The notes: generated by a model not told the origin, from the sequence alone. Counted from the whole stretch's first letter, positions 36,263 to 51,265 are shown. The stretch is 63,768 nt of DNA, filler included, from Octopus bimaculoides (GCF_001194135.2; 11 parts of 11 records of this genome joined end to end with filler, not necessarily neighbours in it), one strand, 5' to 3'. A program made the numbers and translations.

Positions 36263-38175
36263 TGTATGTTTTTGTGGTTGTGCTATGTTTGTCCCCACTA
36301 CAGCCTGACAAACGTGTTAGTTTGTTTACGTTTGCGTAACTTAGCGGCTCGAGATTAATTGCCCAGTAGAATGGGTACCATGCTTAAAAAATGAGTGTTG
36401 ACATTGATTTGTTCAACTAAGTCCTTCAAAGTGGTGCCCCAGCATGACCACAATTCAATGACTGAACAAGCAAAAAATTTAAACCTAAATTACTTGACGG
36501 TGCGTGTTTCTTTATCTATAAGTTTTCAATCCGCCCTATTATATATTCTTTTCTACTCTAGGCACAAGGCCCGAAATTTTGGGAGAGGCGGCCAGTCGAT
36601 TAGATCGACCCAGTACGCAACTGGTACTTAATTTATCGACCCCGAAAGGATGAAAGACAAAGTCAACCTCGGCGGAATTTGAACTCAGAACGTAAAGACA
36701 GACGAAATACCGCTAAGCGTTTCGCCCGGCATGCTAACGTTTCTGGCAGCTCACCGTCTTTCTTATTATATATTGAATAGCCTCTTTCATCCCTCCACTT
36801 ATCTTTGCATAACTTTTCTGTCCCACCCAACATGTCTTTGTAAAGTCCTCCCCCTTTTTAACCTTCTATGCATTTTTATATTGATTTCACCGTCTCACCA
36901 CCAGTACACAGGATCAGAGGGTCTTAATTTTGTTTTCTTTTCCATTGTATAAGTGTCATGAATAATTTTATAAGTCAATGCCTCTTTCTGAGAAATATCT
37001 AAACGAATGTACTAAAATATAGTATGTTGTTATTCTAGATGGGTGAGGATCTAGGTTGAAAGTAAACTCTCTTATAGTCTGCAGGCCATAAATAACTCGC
37101 AGTTGCAGTAACTTCTTTATCAAATGAAAAGAATATAAAGATGTATTTCAGTTAAAGATTAACGAAAATAAAGCCGTCATTTAATTCCCGTACTCGTTCT
37201 AAAGCCCTGGTAATCGGTGACCTCCTGGTTCAGTGTGGCTATTGTACATTAGTTAAAGCCCAAAGGATTAAGGTTTCTACTCGGGAATAAAGTGAAATTG
37301 TATGATTGATTTCGGTTCTATATTTATGGGAGTAACTTAATACTTAGTCGTTCAGTAATTTCACTTTTAAACACTAATATGCTTACATGTAGGTAAATAC
37401 AATCATATTTAATACGTTCATGTGCACTCAGATTTGGTAAAACCTTTCGCTATAGAAATAGTCTCTGCAGAAAATTCTCTTGATGATAGATTAATACGTT
37501 TGAAAAGACATCATAGGGCTATTAATGATACCACTGGACCGTAGGACACATGCATTTCTGCATCGTTGCACTACATCAGATATTAATACCAAATTAGTCC
37601 TTTGCAGCCCCATAAAAACAGTTCGTGTCCGGAAGATTCGCGGTACAGGAAAATTTGCTTCAAGATAAATTCGCCATACGGACAATGATAAAGCGTATTA
37701 TATCATCAGTTTTTAAAATAGAGAGAAAAGAATGATAAAAGGCTTTATAAAAGTGTCAAATATGCAAGTCTTTATTCAACGTCAGACGTTTAACAAAAGT
37801 GATGAAGTCATTTAAAATGAAATTTCTTACGAGGAATTTTTCTACAACAAAAATGATTCCGGCGAAATTTCCTATAAGCAGAAGAGATATTCTTATACAT
37901 TGGAAGAGCGAATAGTACATGTTCTGATGCGCATCAAACTTGTTCAAACTGGAATTAATTTAATAGAGGCACACGAAGCAGCGTGGAATAAAACAAGTGT
38001 ATTTAAAATTATATTGACCCGGTCGTGTACGCTCAACGTGGGGAGATCTTCCTCTGCGAAAGGGAGATAATCCTACTCATAGTGTCTCGAGCCTGACTTT
38101 GCCTTATACATACATACATACATACATACATACATACATACATGCATACATACGTACGTACGTGCGTACGTACGT

Positions 38176-38305
<130 letters not shown>

Positions 38306-39624
38306 TAAAAGAAAATTCTCTTGTGGCGCGGGAGACAATTCTCCTCATAGATAATGTCTGTGGAAACATACCACTGATCTTTGAATCACGTCATCGGATC
38401 GTATGACGCGTGTGTTTCGGCGGTGTTACTCTTCGTTCAATCAATGCTATTTCGTGCACCTCGAGTTAATTAATTGTAGCTGAACCAATCATTACGCACA
38501 TCAGCAAATGTACTATTTGCTGTTTAGATTATTACCAGGCTGTGAACAACAGATTCGTTTTTTGTAGCTGTAGTTTTCTATAGGGACGTAGAAATGAATG
38601 CGTTAATGATATCATTAATAGCCCAATGATGAGTGTATTTATATATATATATATTGTCTACGAGAAAAATTATCTCTCGGGATTCTTTTCGCAGTGAAAG
38701 ATATTGTCACGTCTGAGTTCTTTATGCAAATGTGTAAAATATAATTGTAAACACCTATATTTTAATCAATTATGTTTCATGCGCCTTTAGCCAATTAATT
38801 CTAGATTGAGAAAGCTTTCCACACATCAACAATTGTACTATTTCATGTTTAAATATAAGAACGACCGTTCCTAGCGGGCTATGAATGGCGGATTTGTGTC
38901 CGCTGCTGATGAAGCGTAATGATGCAGAAACACATGCGTCTGTCAGTCCGATGATGTCATTCAGAAATCAATCATGTGGTTTTGCAAGATATTGTCACAT
39001 ATTGTCTATGAGGAAAATATTCTCCTGAGATTATTTCCGCAGCGTAAGATATTCTTGTGTCCAGGTGTATACAAACATAGACAGGTGATACAACTCGCCC
39101 CAAATCCCAGACTAGTTTTACACTATTTGTATATAGCCATGGACTGGCGATTCAGTTCGCCTCCAATTCGATTCGGGTGTGTGATGTTGATAAGTCACAA
39201 AAATGGCAAAACATCGAAGTCCATCGAAGGAGGTTTAGGGCCAGTTGTCACGCCTGTCTGTGACTTTCAGGTGTTTTAAAACCGATACTTTGATAGAATC
39301 ATCTTCACTGCACCAAATTGCAGCCTAATGGTGAACAAGCGAGTTGCATACATTAGGTATGTGCATTCGAGAATGTTTATATATATATATATATATNNNN
39401 NNNNNNNNNNNNNNNNNNNNNNNNNNNTATACGTTTATTATGGACATCCTATAACGCATGCGCAGTGACGTACAGTAACCGGCTGAAACGCAGTGTTCAT
39501 AATCGGACTACATTTTTTTGCACATTGTGTAAATTCCAATAATATAAGAATTTGTTGTGAGAATATTTTTGCCATAATAGTGAGAGAAGTTTTGGGAAAT
39601 TCACATGAGGCGGCTTTGTTCCCT

Positions 39625-39912
39625 CATAACTTTCAGAAAAATGGGTATTTTTCATGAAATTTTCTACAAATACCCTTCAGAGCTTGTAGATTACTATTAT
39701 GTCGGTATTTGATATGGTAAAGAAAAATTTCACATATATCTACAAAATGAAACAAAATTTCGAAGAAAATTGTGATATGTGTTAGTATGTATGTATGCGT
39801 GCTCGCCATTTTTCTGTTCACATCAAATTCTTATATAATCGTAATGTACACAGTCTGAATGATATTTGTAGAAATTTTCATTTAAAAATACTCATTTTTC
39901 TGAAAGTTCTGA
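39625..39912. repeat. About 48-bp inverted repeat pair inside a probable MITE/DNA-transposon relic (39430-40090)
   Basis: CATAACTTTCAGAAAAATGGGTATTTTTCATGAAATTTTCTACAAATA versus TATTTGTAGAAATTTTCATTTAAAAATACTCATTTTTCTGAAAGTTCTG; a third degenerate copy near 40020-40070. Confidence 0.6.
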
Positions 39913-40877
39913 TGAAACATAGCCGACTCGTGTGAATTTTTTTGAAACTCCTCTTTTTACTCACCTAAAAAATAATTTTTCACAAATTCCGGCATAATTG
40001 GAATCTCCCTCATCTAAAGTGTATTTGTTAAAAATTTCATTCAAAAAATGTTAATATTTTGTAAGTTATGAAGAAACAAATTCGGTAGGCACATTTGTGT
40101 ATGTCTGTCCATTGCTTTTGCAATATTATCTATCTACATATCGGTTTGTTTCACTTCACTTTCATTTTGTATGCGGCAATATTTAATTATATAACTGCAT
40201 GTTATAAATAAACAAAGAATATATTTCTTTCGTTCGGGTTGCTTCAAAAGGGTGAAAATAATGTAACTGCGATGGGCTCAATTTTTCACTACATATAAAC
40301 GTAAATAGGAAAGCGGTATTTACGATGAGATTCTGAAAAGGAGTAAATTGATGTGTTATAATCAGCTGACAATACTCTGTATATAAGATTGGTTTTGTAA
40401 TATTTTAGAAGATTAATTTACTATAAATATTGATTAGGATTTTCTAATATGTTTCTAACGTGGCTGTTTATATGTCTATAATTTACACAAATGTATGCAT
40501 ATCCTTGCATTTCGTTATTTATGCATCCAGTTAAATGCATAACGATGATGCCTTTTTCATTTCTCCATACATGCATGAGTTGACGCTCATGAAAAACAAA
40601 ATAAGTCTTTAAAGTTTTGAGTTTGCACTCTTCTAAAGAAAGGAACGAAGAGATAAAACAGATGGAGGGGGGGAAAAAGTATGTGGAAAAATAAATGCCT
40701 GGAGCGCATTTCTACACACATACAGACACATACAAAAACTCACATATATAGTGCATACATACATGCACACAGACATACGTACATACATACGTTCGTACAT
40801 AAATATATATACGTATATCAATAAATAAATAAATACATACATTCGTACATACATATACATATACATACATGCATAAA

Positions 40878-41225
40878 TACCAATCTTGAGAAATTAGGCT
40901 TCTCAAAACCAGAAAGGAGAAAGCTAATTTGGAGACTACAGATTCAGTCCATCACTGGAACTATAAAAATCTGTTAAACTTTCCAGAAGTTTATCATTTA
41001 AATATATATATGAACATATCTAGATATGTAACTATATGCATGAGAATACATACATAAAACATACAAATCTGCACATACATACGTACATACATACATACAT
41101 ACATACATACAAAAATACCCTGTTGTTGATGTTGAAGTACCAATGAAGGAACCTTGGAACTAGGCTAGAAACCGGTTCTTTCTCTATTGGCAAGAAATCT
41201 TAAAATCAACTGAATAATGACATAC
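40878..41225 (+). mobile_element. R4/Dong-like 3' end plus 3' UTR between (CATA)n tracts
   Basis: NLEKLGFSKPERRKLIWRLQIQSITGTIKIC*TFQKFII* followed by the conserved UTR. Confidence 0.85.
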
Positions 41226-41339
41226 ATACATACATACATACATACATACATACATACATACATTCGTACATACATTTACATACATGCATACATATATCAG
41301 TAAATACATACGTACATATTCATTTTTCCATTAGCTCCA

Positions 41340-43345
41340 TTATCATTCCGGCTACATGCTTGGACTGGAACTGCTAGAGATATTAATATAACCTATAATT
41401 TCTTCGTAGTTGATATCAAGGTTTATTCTAAAGATGTTAACAATGCCTAAAAACAACTGCAATTAATAACATTTTCAACTGACAAAAGAATCGAATTTCA
41501 CCAAAAGAAATGTGGAAAATCAGTCCCCAGGGCCCAAAACATGTATTTTTCAATAGTCTCACTATCCCTATCCCCTCTTCCACACAAAGAATGCTACAAG
41601 CACCTAGGCATTGATGGAAATGTGCCATACGAACGTACTGTGAATAAAGATACAATGACCCTAAAATATTATGCCAGACTTCTTAAATATGGCGTTCGCA
41701 ACTCTCCTCTTACACGACCGTATCCCACAATGCATTTACAGTACTAGTGCTGATTCCAACATTTAGGATACTTGACTGATCTGTAGAAGAAATCCACTCC
41801 ATAGACGTTAAAACCTGCAAGATTTTGACATTAGCTGGAAATCTTCACAGAAATAGTGAAACCGACAGTCTCTACATAAGAAGAGACGAAGAAAGTAGAG
41901 GTGTGAGATCAGTACAGACAGCCTTCGAATGTCGCATAGTCTCTCTCAGACAGCACTTGCTAAACAACAGCAGCAAAAAATAAATACATTAACTTAGTGC
42001 TGAAAAATGAAAAGAACAATATCCTACGGGTCGGCAGCGAGCTCCTCAAGAAGCATTCTTTTCCTGATGATCTCCCATACAATCCCAAAACAGCCGGACT
42101 GACGTAATTTAGAGAAGACCTATGTGTGAATCGCTTAGTGTGTCATAAAAGACCATGCATGCGTAGTATGCTTCATGAAGACTTGTAGACAATAATAATA
42201 CCGACATGAAACGAAGCCTTTCTTAGACTTGTGACAGTTATATCACATCACACTTCGAAGGTTTTGTATTTACAATCCAAGAACAGGAGATTGTTAGGAA
42301 ATACCTAATCAACAAAAGAGACAGTGAAGCCCTTGGAGTTCTAAGATGCAACTGAAAATGTACATTATTTCATATTTCTGTGGAAGATATCACACGTGAT
42401 TGGCAGCTTCCCAAAAATGTCATCGAGGTACTACTTCGCTATGCGACATGACATAGTCACAAAAACATGTATATATACAATGCCATTCGGAAAAAAGGAC
42501 TGTCCTGGAATACATATAGAGGATCTCCCTGTGATTGAATACGTACACAAACATCGACAGAAGAAATACTTGTGGAACATTCCATTCAAAACATCTGTCA
42601 AGTGTGAACGTAAAAGACGAAGTATTGCTGTTTGCAGTAGATAAGAAAAAGTATGTCCCCTCATAGAGGCTAGCTGTCCTGCAGATATGAATATCTCTTT
42701 GAAAATCGAAGAGAAAAAGGGTAACTATGGGCAACTGTTTCTAAACCTCCAGCTTCTATATCCAGATTATAAATTCACATTTATATCGATAATAATTGGT
42801 GTGCATGGTTTTGTAAGTAAATACGTAAATGACAGTGGAGGCGCAATGGCCCAGTGGTTAGAGCAGCAGATTCGCGGTCATAGGATCGCGGTTTCTATTC
42901 CCAGACCGGGCGTTGTGAGTGTTTATTGAGCGAAAACACCTAAAAGCTGCACAAGGCTCCGGCAGGGGATGGTGGTGAACCCTGCTGTACTCTTCCACCA
43001 CAACTTTCTCTCACTCTTACTTCCTGTTTCTGTTGTGCCTGTAATTCAAAGGGTCAGCCTTGTCACACTGTGTCACGCTGAATCTCCCCGAGAACTACGT
43101 TAAGGGTACACGTGTCTGTGGAGTGCTCAGCCACTTGCACGTTAATTTCACGAGCAGGCTGTTCCGTTGATCGGATCAACTGGAACCCTCAACGTCGTAA
43201 GCGACGGAGTGCCAACATCAACAACATAAATGACAACCTGGATGAGGTAGGGTTTTCAGAAAAAGAAACCAACCCGATCGCACGTTACAAATACAATCTG
43301 TAAGTGAAATAGTACAAATATGCAAGACTTTCCTCAAGTTTAAAA
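41340..43345 (+). mobile_element. Longer R4/Dong-like relic (RT to RLE), interrupted by a SINE at 42835-43226
   Basis: YKHLG RT motif, MSSRYYFAMRHD, IEASCPADMNISLKIEEKKGNYGQL..LYPDY..IIIGVHG; coding resumes at 43236. Confidence 0.8.
42835..43226 (+). mobile_element. SINE family C, full length with 9-bp TSD
   Basis: Head GGAGGCGCAATGGCCCAGTGGTTAGAGCAG; TAAATGACA duplicated at 42826-42834 and 43227-43235. A related reverse copy lies at about 53600-53920. Confidence 0.85.
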
Positions 43346-43787
43346 TGTGACGTTGTTTTTATTATCAACATTCCATTTATGGAACTTTGTATCTTTCTTA
43401 GAAAACAGCTTCTTCTTCTGATTTAGAATTTAATTAAAAACTGAACAGAATATACAGACATACAATCAATCAATCTCGTGCTGAACTCTCAAATCTGAGC
43501 CAGTGTGGGTTTTTCACACGTTGGGATTAGTACTACAATTATATACCTTATGTAAGATATATCTATGTGTGCATGCGTGTGTGTGTGAGAGAAAGAGAGA
43601 GAGAGGGAGAGAGAGAGAGCGAGAGAGAGATTGTGGAAGTGCCTATATGTACACTTGTAAATATACATATATATATTATATACATACATACTATAATATT
43701 TATATGTAAATATACATATATATATATATTACTGTATATATATATATACTGTAATATATATATGTGTAAATATACATATATATATTA

Positions 43788-43823
<36 letters not shown>

Positions 43824-44295
43824 TGTAATATATATATATGTAAATATACATATATATATTACATACATACGCATATATGTATGTGTACATACATATACAT
43901 ATATATGTATGTGTATATACATATATATATATGTATGTACACATATATACATGTATGTATATATATGTGTGTGCATGTATGTATGTGTATATTTGTGTAT
44001 GTGTATGTGTGTGTATGTGCATTCTTCTCACTTTCTTTTTTTTCCTTTTCCTCTTAATCAATTGCTTCCTTCTTAATCTCTTAATCTCTTTTCTTTCCTC
44101 CAGAAACATGATGTTTCTCTGATATTTAATTTTGTCGATCTGTTGCCATTCCGTGTTTTTATACACACACGCGCGCATACATACACAGAGACTGATTACC
44201 ATGAAATCACTTGCCTACACACCCGATCCTCTGACCCTTTAACGAGCTGAGTCCCTTTTTTGTTGTCCTTCAACCTCATCTACAANNNNNNNNNN

Positions 44296-44524
44296 TAATG
44301 CTGGTGTGTTTACGTCCCCTGTAACTTAGCACGGCCTTTAATCGAACAAATCGACCCCAGTACTTATTCTTAGTAAGCCTACTACTTATTCTATCGATTC
44401 CTTTGCCGAACCGCTGAGTTGCGGGTACGTAAACACACCAGCATCGGTTGTCAAGCGATGTGGGATGTGGGGGAACAAACACAGGCACACAAACATGCAC
44501 ACACACACACAGATATAATATATG

Positions 44525-44560
<36 letters not shown>

Positions 44561-44820
44561 ATATATACGACGGGCTTCTTTCAGTTTCCGTCTACCAAAT
44601 CCACTCACAAGGTTTTGGTCAGTCGAAGGCTATAGTAGAAGACACTTGCTCAAGGTGCCACGCAGTGGAACCGAACTCGAAACCATGTAGCTGGTAAGCA
44701 AGCGTCATACCACCACACAGCCACACCAGTTTCAAAGAATATGTCCTGCGGTCGATTTCTCCGACTAGAGGCGGTGCTCCAGCATGGCTGCAGTCAAATG
44801 ACTGAAACAAATAAAAGAAT
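44296..44820. mobile_element. Cluster of rearranged SINE family A fragments in both orientations
   Basis: Matches to the family A 3' module (44296-44500, 44745-44820) and the reversed head (44565-44725). Confidence 0.7.
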
Positions 44821-44984
44821 AATATATTCCTTAAGCAGGACCTGTTTAATCTTTATTAAGCCACTTAAAATTCTTAAAACTCTTNNNNNNNNNNNNNNNN
44901 NNNNNNNNNNNNNNNNNNNNNNNNNNNNTTAATTAATTAANNNNNNNNNNNNNNNNNNNNNNNNNNNNNNNNNNNNNNNNNNNN

Positions 44985-45028
<44 letters not shown>

Positions 45029-48000
45029 GTTTATCGTTGTTATTACTGATGATGATGAGGTTCATGACGATGATGATGACGTCGACGTCGACGACGACGA
45101 CGACGATGATGATGATGAGGACGATGAGGATGATGATGATCAGATTATTACAAATACTATTCTACAAAAAATAAACTATTATGTTCCTCGAAAAATCATC
45201 ATTTATGCTAAAATGTATGAAGAGATTAATAGAAAGTATTGCTCCACACGATAAATCTAATTCACAATAATTTTGAAATATTTTATTGACTATTTGCTTT
45301 GAAAATGCTAATAAATTCCATTCGACCATAAGGTACATTTCAATAGGTAAATAATATCATACTCGTCATCATCAATATATGCAAAATTTACTGTTAATTA
45401 ACACGGTATTATGTATGCAAATAATAAAGAATTAGACAAGAGAAAATATGATGGAAGAAATGCATAAATATACATGCATGCATACATATATATATGTGTG
45501 TGTGTATATATGCCTGCGGTGGGGAGAGAGAGCACAAACTTTAATAACAACAATACTTGTCAGTACAGATTTTATGATGAATAGAAATTATTCGTTCAAT
45601 TCGAGGACGCTACAAATGTTATTTAACATATTAATTAGTATCTGTCTCCATTGAAAAAAATTCAACTCCCGGAACAAAATAAGCTTTGTTTCTCCTTGAA
45701 ACCTGTAAAAGCATATAAATAATCTGCCAAAGAATGAAAGATAAAATATAATTCATTGACTTGTTACACGCATGTTGAAAAATATATTTATTCAGCTAAT
45801 TAGGATCAAAACATCGACGCGCAAGCTAGGAACTAGAATAACGAAGACATGAAAGACAATTTAAATTCAAGTACGCATGTCAATGAACGTAGATTTATAA
45901 TGAATAATAAGATCTCATAAACTGCATCAATATAACTCATGCAGTAAGTATATAAAAATATAAATGATAACAATCGGGGTCACACCAAAATATAAATAAC
46001 ACAACACGATCAATTGCGCATGAAACGATTAAGCTTCCGTAAAAAAAAACAGACTGAATAAAGAAATAAAGAATAGACCGTGACCGTTAGGGAAAGAGGC
46101 AGAGCATGCAATCACGTAGCAACACATATACAGAGACAGAGCTACAAATATAGACATACGGAGCAGTTTAAACAGTGGAACAAGGCAAAGCGAATACGGA
46201 CACACAGAAACACAATTACTGACAGCTTACAAAACATATAGAGACACTCAAAACGAATGCAAACACGAGGCAACACTAACAAAGAGAAACAACCGAAATA
46301 CAGACATATCACAAAGCATATATTGACGCAAGGTAACACACATACAGAGAGAAGCAAGCTTAAATAGTAGAAGTAGTGACTTACTAGCATTACTAACAAC
46401 GAAATACATTCAAATACACGCACTCACACACAAGCACACACACATACGCACACACATACACGNNNNNNNNNNNNNNNNNNNNNNNNNNNNNNNNNNNNNN
46501 NNNNNNTTAATTAATTAANNNNNNNNNNNNNNNNNNNNNNNNNNNNNNNNNNNNNNNNNNNNTATATATATATATATATATCTACATATTTATACATGTC
46601 GAAAATTTGAAGAATGTACAACTATACTCAAAACATGTTAGAAAAAAAGGAAAAATTGGTTATCCGTTGTTGATGTACCAAATTAAATTAATATCTGAAG
46701 AGGTTGGGTTTCTGAAAATCTCTTAAAATATTTGGGACAAATATAATCCATGAAAGAGCAGAGCAATGGCGTGACTGGAGGTAAAAGAAAAAGCAACAAA
46801 ACCACATTGCAGACATTTGAAGAATATTTTGGAAATGGTTTGGACGTGGAAAATTTCAAATCTTATGGAATCAATATGGAGACGCTATAGAAATCGCCTC
46901 GGAACTTAAGAGTTTCAAAAGATCCAAAACATGGATGACATTAAAAGGTAGTGAAGTATCTACTTGAATGCTTTGATTAATTAGCAAGCTTTCAGCCAAT
47001 AGATCGATATAACATTAGTGTTACAGAAATGGAAGTTTGATAATAGAGTCAACTGATAGAATTTCACCATTATCCTTCATTTTTAGTTATTTCGAATGAA
47101 CATGAATGTGAAATCAGATAAGGGCGTACATGTTTCTTCCGTAGGAATTAATGAGTTAATTAAACTAAGTTGAATATGAAATAAGGATATAATTTCCTAT
47201 CAAAAGAAACTGCATCGCCTCTTAGTTTCTGCATTACCTTTTCACTAAAATAACAGCAATTGATGTTTAATGGAAATCTATTTTAAAACTGATAAAGTCT
47301 ATAGCAATGTATATATAAATCTTTATAGTATACAGAATTATGAGCCATTTAAGCAAGCCGTTCTTACCAATCGCCTTCGCCCACGGATTAGGTAATTAGG
47401 TGATTGCCTAGGACAGTATTCGTCAGAGTGCCTGGTACGAAAAGTATGGTGACAGATCGGATGTACAGATACCTGATCTTTCTGATATACAAATTCTTAC
47501 ATGGCTACAGGCACACACACATACACACGCACACACACACGCACACACACACACATACACATACACACATCCTGGGTTTCATGTTAAGAAGAGTAGGTAA
47601 ATATACTAGCGTCTTAACAATCTTTCAAGCCGATCACATGGAGAAAGGTGTTCGACTCCATTTTGGAAAACAATCTCGCTTCGCTCACGAGATTTCTCGT
47701 AAATCGCGTACGTAAATAAAACAATGAATCAATGAAACAAGGGACGTTACACTTGAGTGATATCTTTTGAATGTTTGTCTCCTTTGAGTTTGTTGATTGG
47801 GCAATTTTTATTTGGTGGTTAATTTGTTTGCCTTATTTTGCATTATTTTGTTGTTCTGGGCATGGTGTTCTTGTCATTGTATGTTGAGATAGTTTATCAT
47901 TGGGGCATATTTCTTCTTTGTGTGACGTGTGTGTGCTATGTGTGTTCACGTTTAGGAAAGTGTCTGTCCTGGTAGGGTTACCTTCGTGTAGAGGGGCTCT

Positions 48001-48089
48001 TCTTTGAAATATTTGAGTGTAAAATATTGCTTGTGTATGCAGGGAGAGAAGTTTTCATCCCTAACGTATAAAATGTTATCTGTTGATTG

Positions 48090-48200
48090 AATAATGTTTA
48101 ATTTTTCAGTAATACAAAATTCACCTTTGTTGTGTATACCTATTTTTGAACGAGTTGCCCGTCATTCCGATACACGGCTTTGCTATTCCGTTGGAGTCCG
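48090..48200 (-). mobile_element. Short Penelope-like GIY-YIG relic
   Basis: KPCIGMTGNSFKNRYTQ and EFCITEKLNII. Confidence 0.55.
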
Positions 48201-48906
48201 TGAACTTGACCTTATTTACGAGTTCTCTAATGAGACAGTTGTTGTTTAGAGTTGTTTAAAATTTAAATGATGGGAGTAGAAATTAATGAATTAATGTGAC
48301 TTTAAACCACTGGCCTAGCATACTGGTGGTAAGAGGATTTAGTGTCTTCTTGGCGGTTATCCCTCTTATATATGTCTTTATATATATATGAGGTATATAT
48401 AAAAATTATGACATTAATTATGAAATACAAATAATCCATATATACAATCAAAGTATGTACAATTTTATGTACGTATATGCAAGTAATTGTATGTGTGTAT
48501 GTATATATGTATATATGTATATATANNNNNNNNNNNNNNNNNNNNNNNNNNNNNNNNNNNNNNNNNNNNNNNNNNNNNNNNNNNNNNNNNNNNNNNNNNN
48601 NNNNNNNNNNNNNNNNNNNNNNNNNNNNNNNNNNNNNNNNNNNNNNNNNNNNNNNNNNNNNNNNNNNNNNNNNNNNNNNNNNNNNNNNNNNNNNNNNNNN
48701 NNNNNNNNNNNNNNNNNNNNNNNNNNNNNNNNNNNNNNNNNNNNNNNNNNNNNNNNNNNNNNNNNNNNNNNNNNNNNNNNNNNNNNNNNNNNNNNNNNNN
48801 NNNNNNNNNNNNNNNNNNNNNNNNNNNNNNNNNNNNNNNNNNNNNNNNNNNNNNNNNNNNNNNNNNNNNNNNNNNNNNNNNNNNNNNNNNNNNNNNNNNN
48901 NNNNNC

Positions 48907-50087
48907 CGTATTGTTGCACAATGCGTCTCCATCTTTCCTTTAGCTTGAAAATATCCTCTTCCCAGAATTGAGGTCGTTCAATGGCAAAGAATTCATCAAG
49001 GTATCTTTTTACGTCATCTAAGGAATTGAAATTTTTACCATTAAGACTATTCTGAAGAGACCTGAATAAGTGGAAATCCAAAGGTGCAATATCTGGTGAA
49101 TATGGAGGGTGGGGTAACACATCCCAGCCGAGCTGCAGCAATTTTTGTCTGGTTCCCAAAGAAACGTGCGGTCTTGCATTATCGTGTTGGAAAACACACC
49201 CTTCCCTTTGGCCAATTCTGGACGTTTCTCTTGAATTGCTGTCCAGTTGTGTACAGTATTTCTCAGAATTAATTGTCTGGTTACTTGAGAGAAGCTCATA
49301 GTACAGAATTCCTTTCCAATCCCACCAGACACAAAGCAAGACTTTTTTAGGGTGAAGACCCGCTTTTGGGGTGACTAAGGGTGGCTCATGTCGCTTATTC
49401 CAGGATCGCTTTCTCTGAACATTTCGGTAGATAATCCATTTCTCATCACCTGTTAGAATTTGCTGTAAAAAAGGCACGTTTTCATTCCGATTATAAAGAG
49501 AATCACAGATGGAAATGCGATCCAAAAGGTTCTCAACTCATGTGGTACCCAAACATCGTAGCGATTTGTGTACCCAAGCTTTACCAGTTGCTCATGAACG
49601 ACGGATTTTGATAGGTTGAAGCTTTCTGGCAATTCTCGGGTTGTGCAATATAGGTCATTCTCAATTAATGAATTGATTTGGTCATCATCTGTAATGGATG
49701 GTCTGCCTCATCGTCCTATTTATCAATAAGGCTACAATCTCCAGTTCGGAACCTTGCGCGCCACCTCCGTACAGTTACAGTTCTTTCGGATAAAGAAACA
49801 TCACCGTAAGCTGAGCATATTTCTTTGGTTGCTTGTGAGGCATGTTTCCCTTTACGGAAAAAGAAAAGCATCAAGTGCCGAAAATGAACTTTCTTATCTT
49901 CCATTGTAAGGGACTTCAGAATTAACGCATGTTATTGGAACATAAACCTTCTTCCACGAAAAGATAGCTTAAAACTGTGCTCTAAATGGAGGTGTAGTCA
50001 AACCCTATCTTCTGGACTTAACCATGTTCTAAAATAAGTCGAAAAGTAAGCTTCTATAAATCAGCACGAACTTTCCGGACAACCCAA
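48907..50087 (-). mobile_element. mariner (DD34D) transposon, pseudogenised; 3' end in gap
   Basis: MEDKKVHFRHLMLFFFRKG.., ILTGDEKW, LHPKKVLLCVWWDWKG, HDNARPH, HPPYSPDIAPLDFHLFRSLQN; 5' TIR TTGGGTTGTCCGGAAAGTTCGTGCTGATTT preceded by TA. Confidence 0.95.
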
Positions 50088-50644
50088 TATCAATAGCTCT
50101 GAGAAGTAACATATATAAAAAAAAATATATTAAAAAGCACTTAGAAATAAAGATACAAATCTAAAATATGTATATGTATTGATTTATAGTCACTGAAGTA
50201 ACGAACACAAATTAATATACAAATAACAATTACGTGAGTATATACCTTGTTAAAAATAGATACGAACACTTATTTGTAAATGCCAAACATAATATATAAA
50301 TTTAAACGTAAGCAGATATAAACACAATACTGCATTGAAATAATAATGGAGAGGGGACATCAGGCAATATACATATACAGCGCTACAGAACCTATTATCT
50401 ACTTATATTTTTAAGTATATCCAAATAGTATCAAACAATAGAGATATAAGTTATAAGATAAATCAAACAATATTAACAGCAATAATGGAGAAAGCAAAAA
50501 TTAACATAAATAAATATATCAGCTAATAGCAAAGAAAACATAGAAACAACTAACATAGATTAGTGCAAATACATATAAATATAAATTTAGATTAATATTT
50601 ATATATATGCATTTATACGAATTTATAAGCATATATATATATTC

Positions 50645-50839
50645 TTTTATTGCTCTACTTGTTTCAGTCAGTTTCAATGTTAGCTTGCTGGAACACCGCT
50701 TTTTCGTCGGAGAAATCGACCCCTGGTCTTATTCTTTGTAAGCCCGGTATTCATTCTATCGTTACCATTTGCCGAACCGCTAGTTTACGGGGACGTAAAC
50801 ACACCAACATCAGTTGCCATTTGATGGTGGGAGGATAAA

Positions 50840-50879
<40 letters not shown>

Positions 50880-51089
50880 NNNNNNNNNNNNNNNNNNNNN
50901 NNNNNNNNNNNNNNNNNNNNNNNNNNNNNNNNNNNNNNNNNNNNNNNNNNNNNNNNNNNNNNNNNNNNNNNNNNNNNNNNNNNNNNNNNNNNNNNNNNNN
51001 NNNNNNNNNNNNNNNNNNNNNNNNNNNNNNNNNNNNNNNNNNNNNNNNNNNNNNNNNNNNNNNNNNNNNNNNNNNNNNNNNNNNNNNCC

Positions 51090-51126
<37 letters not shown>

Positions 51127-51265
51127 GTATATATACGACGTGCTTCTTTCAGTTTCCGTGTACCGAATCCGCTCACAAGGTTTTGGTCGGCCTGAAGCTA
51201 TAGTAGAAGACTGAACCCGGAACCATATGGTTGGGAAGGAAGCTTCTCACCACACAGCCACGCCT
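50645..51265 (-). mobile_element. SINE family A spanning a gap
   Basis: 3' module at 50645-50840 and head at 51130-51265. Confidence 0.75.

Noticed and set aside
41135-41185. RLE 3' UTR CCAATGA..GAAACCGGT as a hammerhead
   Set aside because: Core is CCAAUGA rather than CUGANGA in all three copies, and a simple long stem-loop explains the pairing better.
47369-47510. Protein-like frames (DSIRQSAWYEKYGDRSD.. on +; HSDEYCPRQ.. on -)
   Set aside because: Splice signals are incomplete or contradictory between strands and no family is recognised; not supportable.
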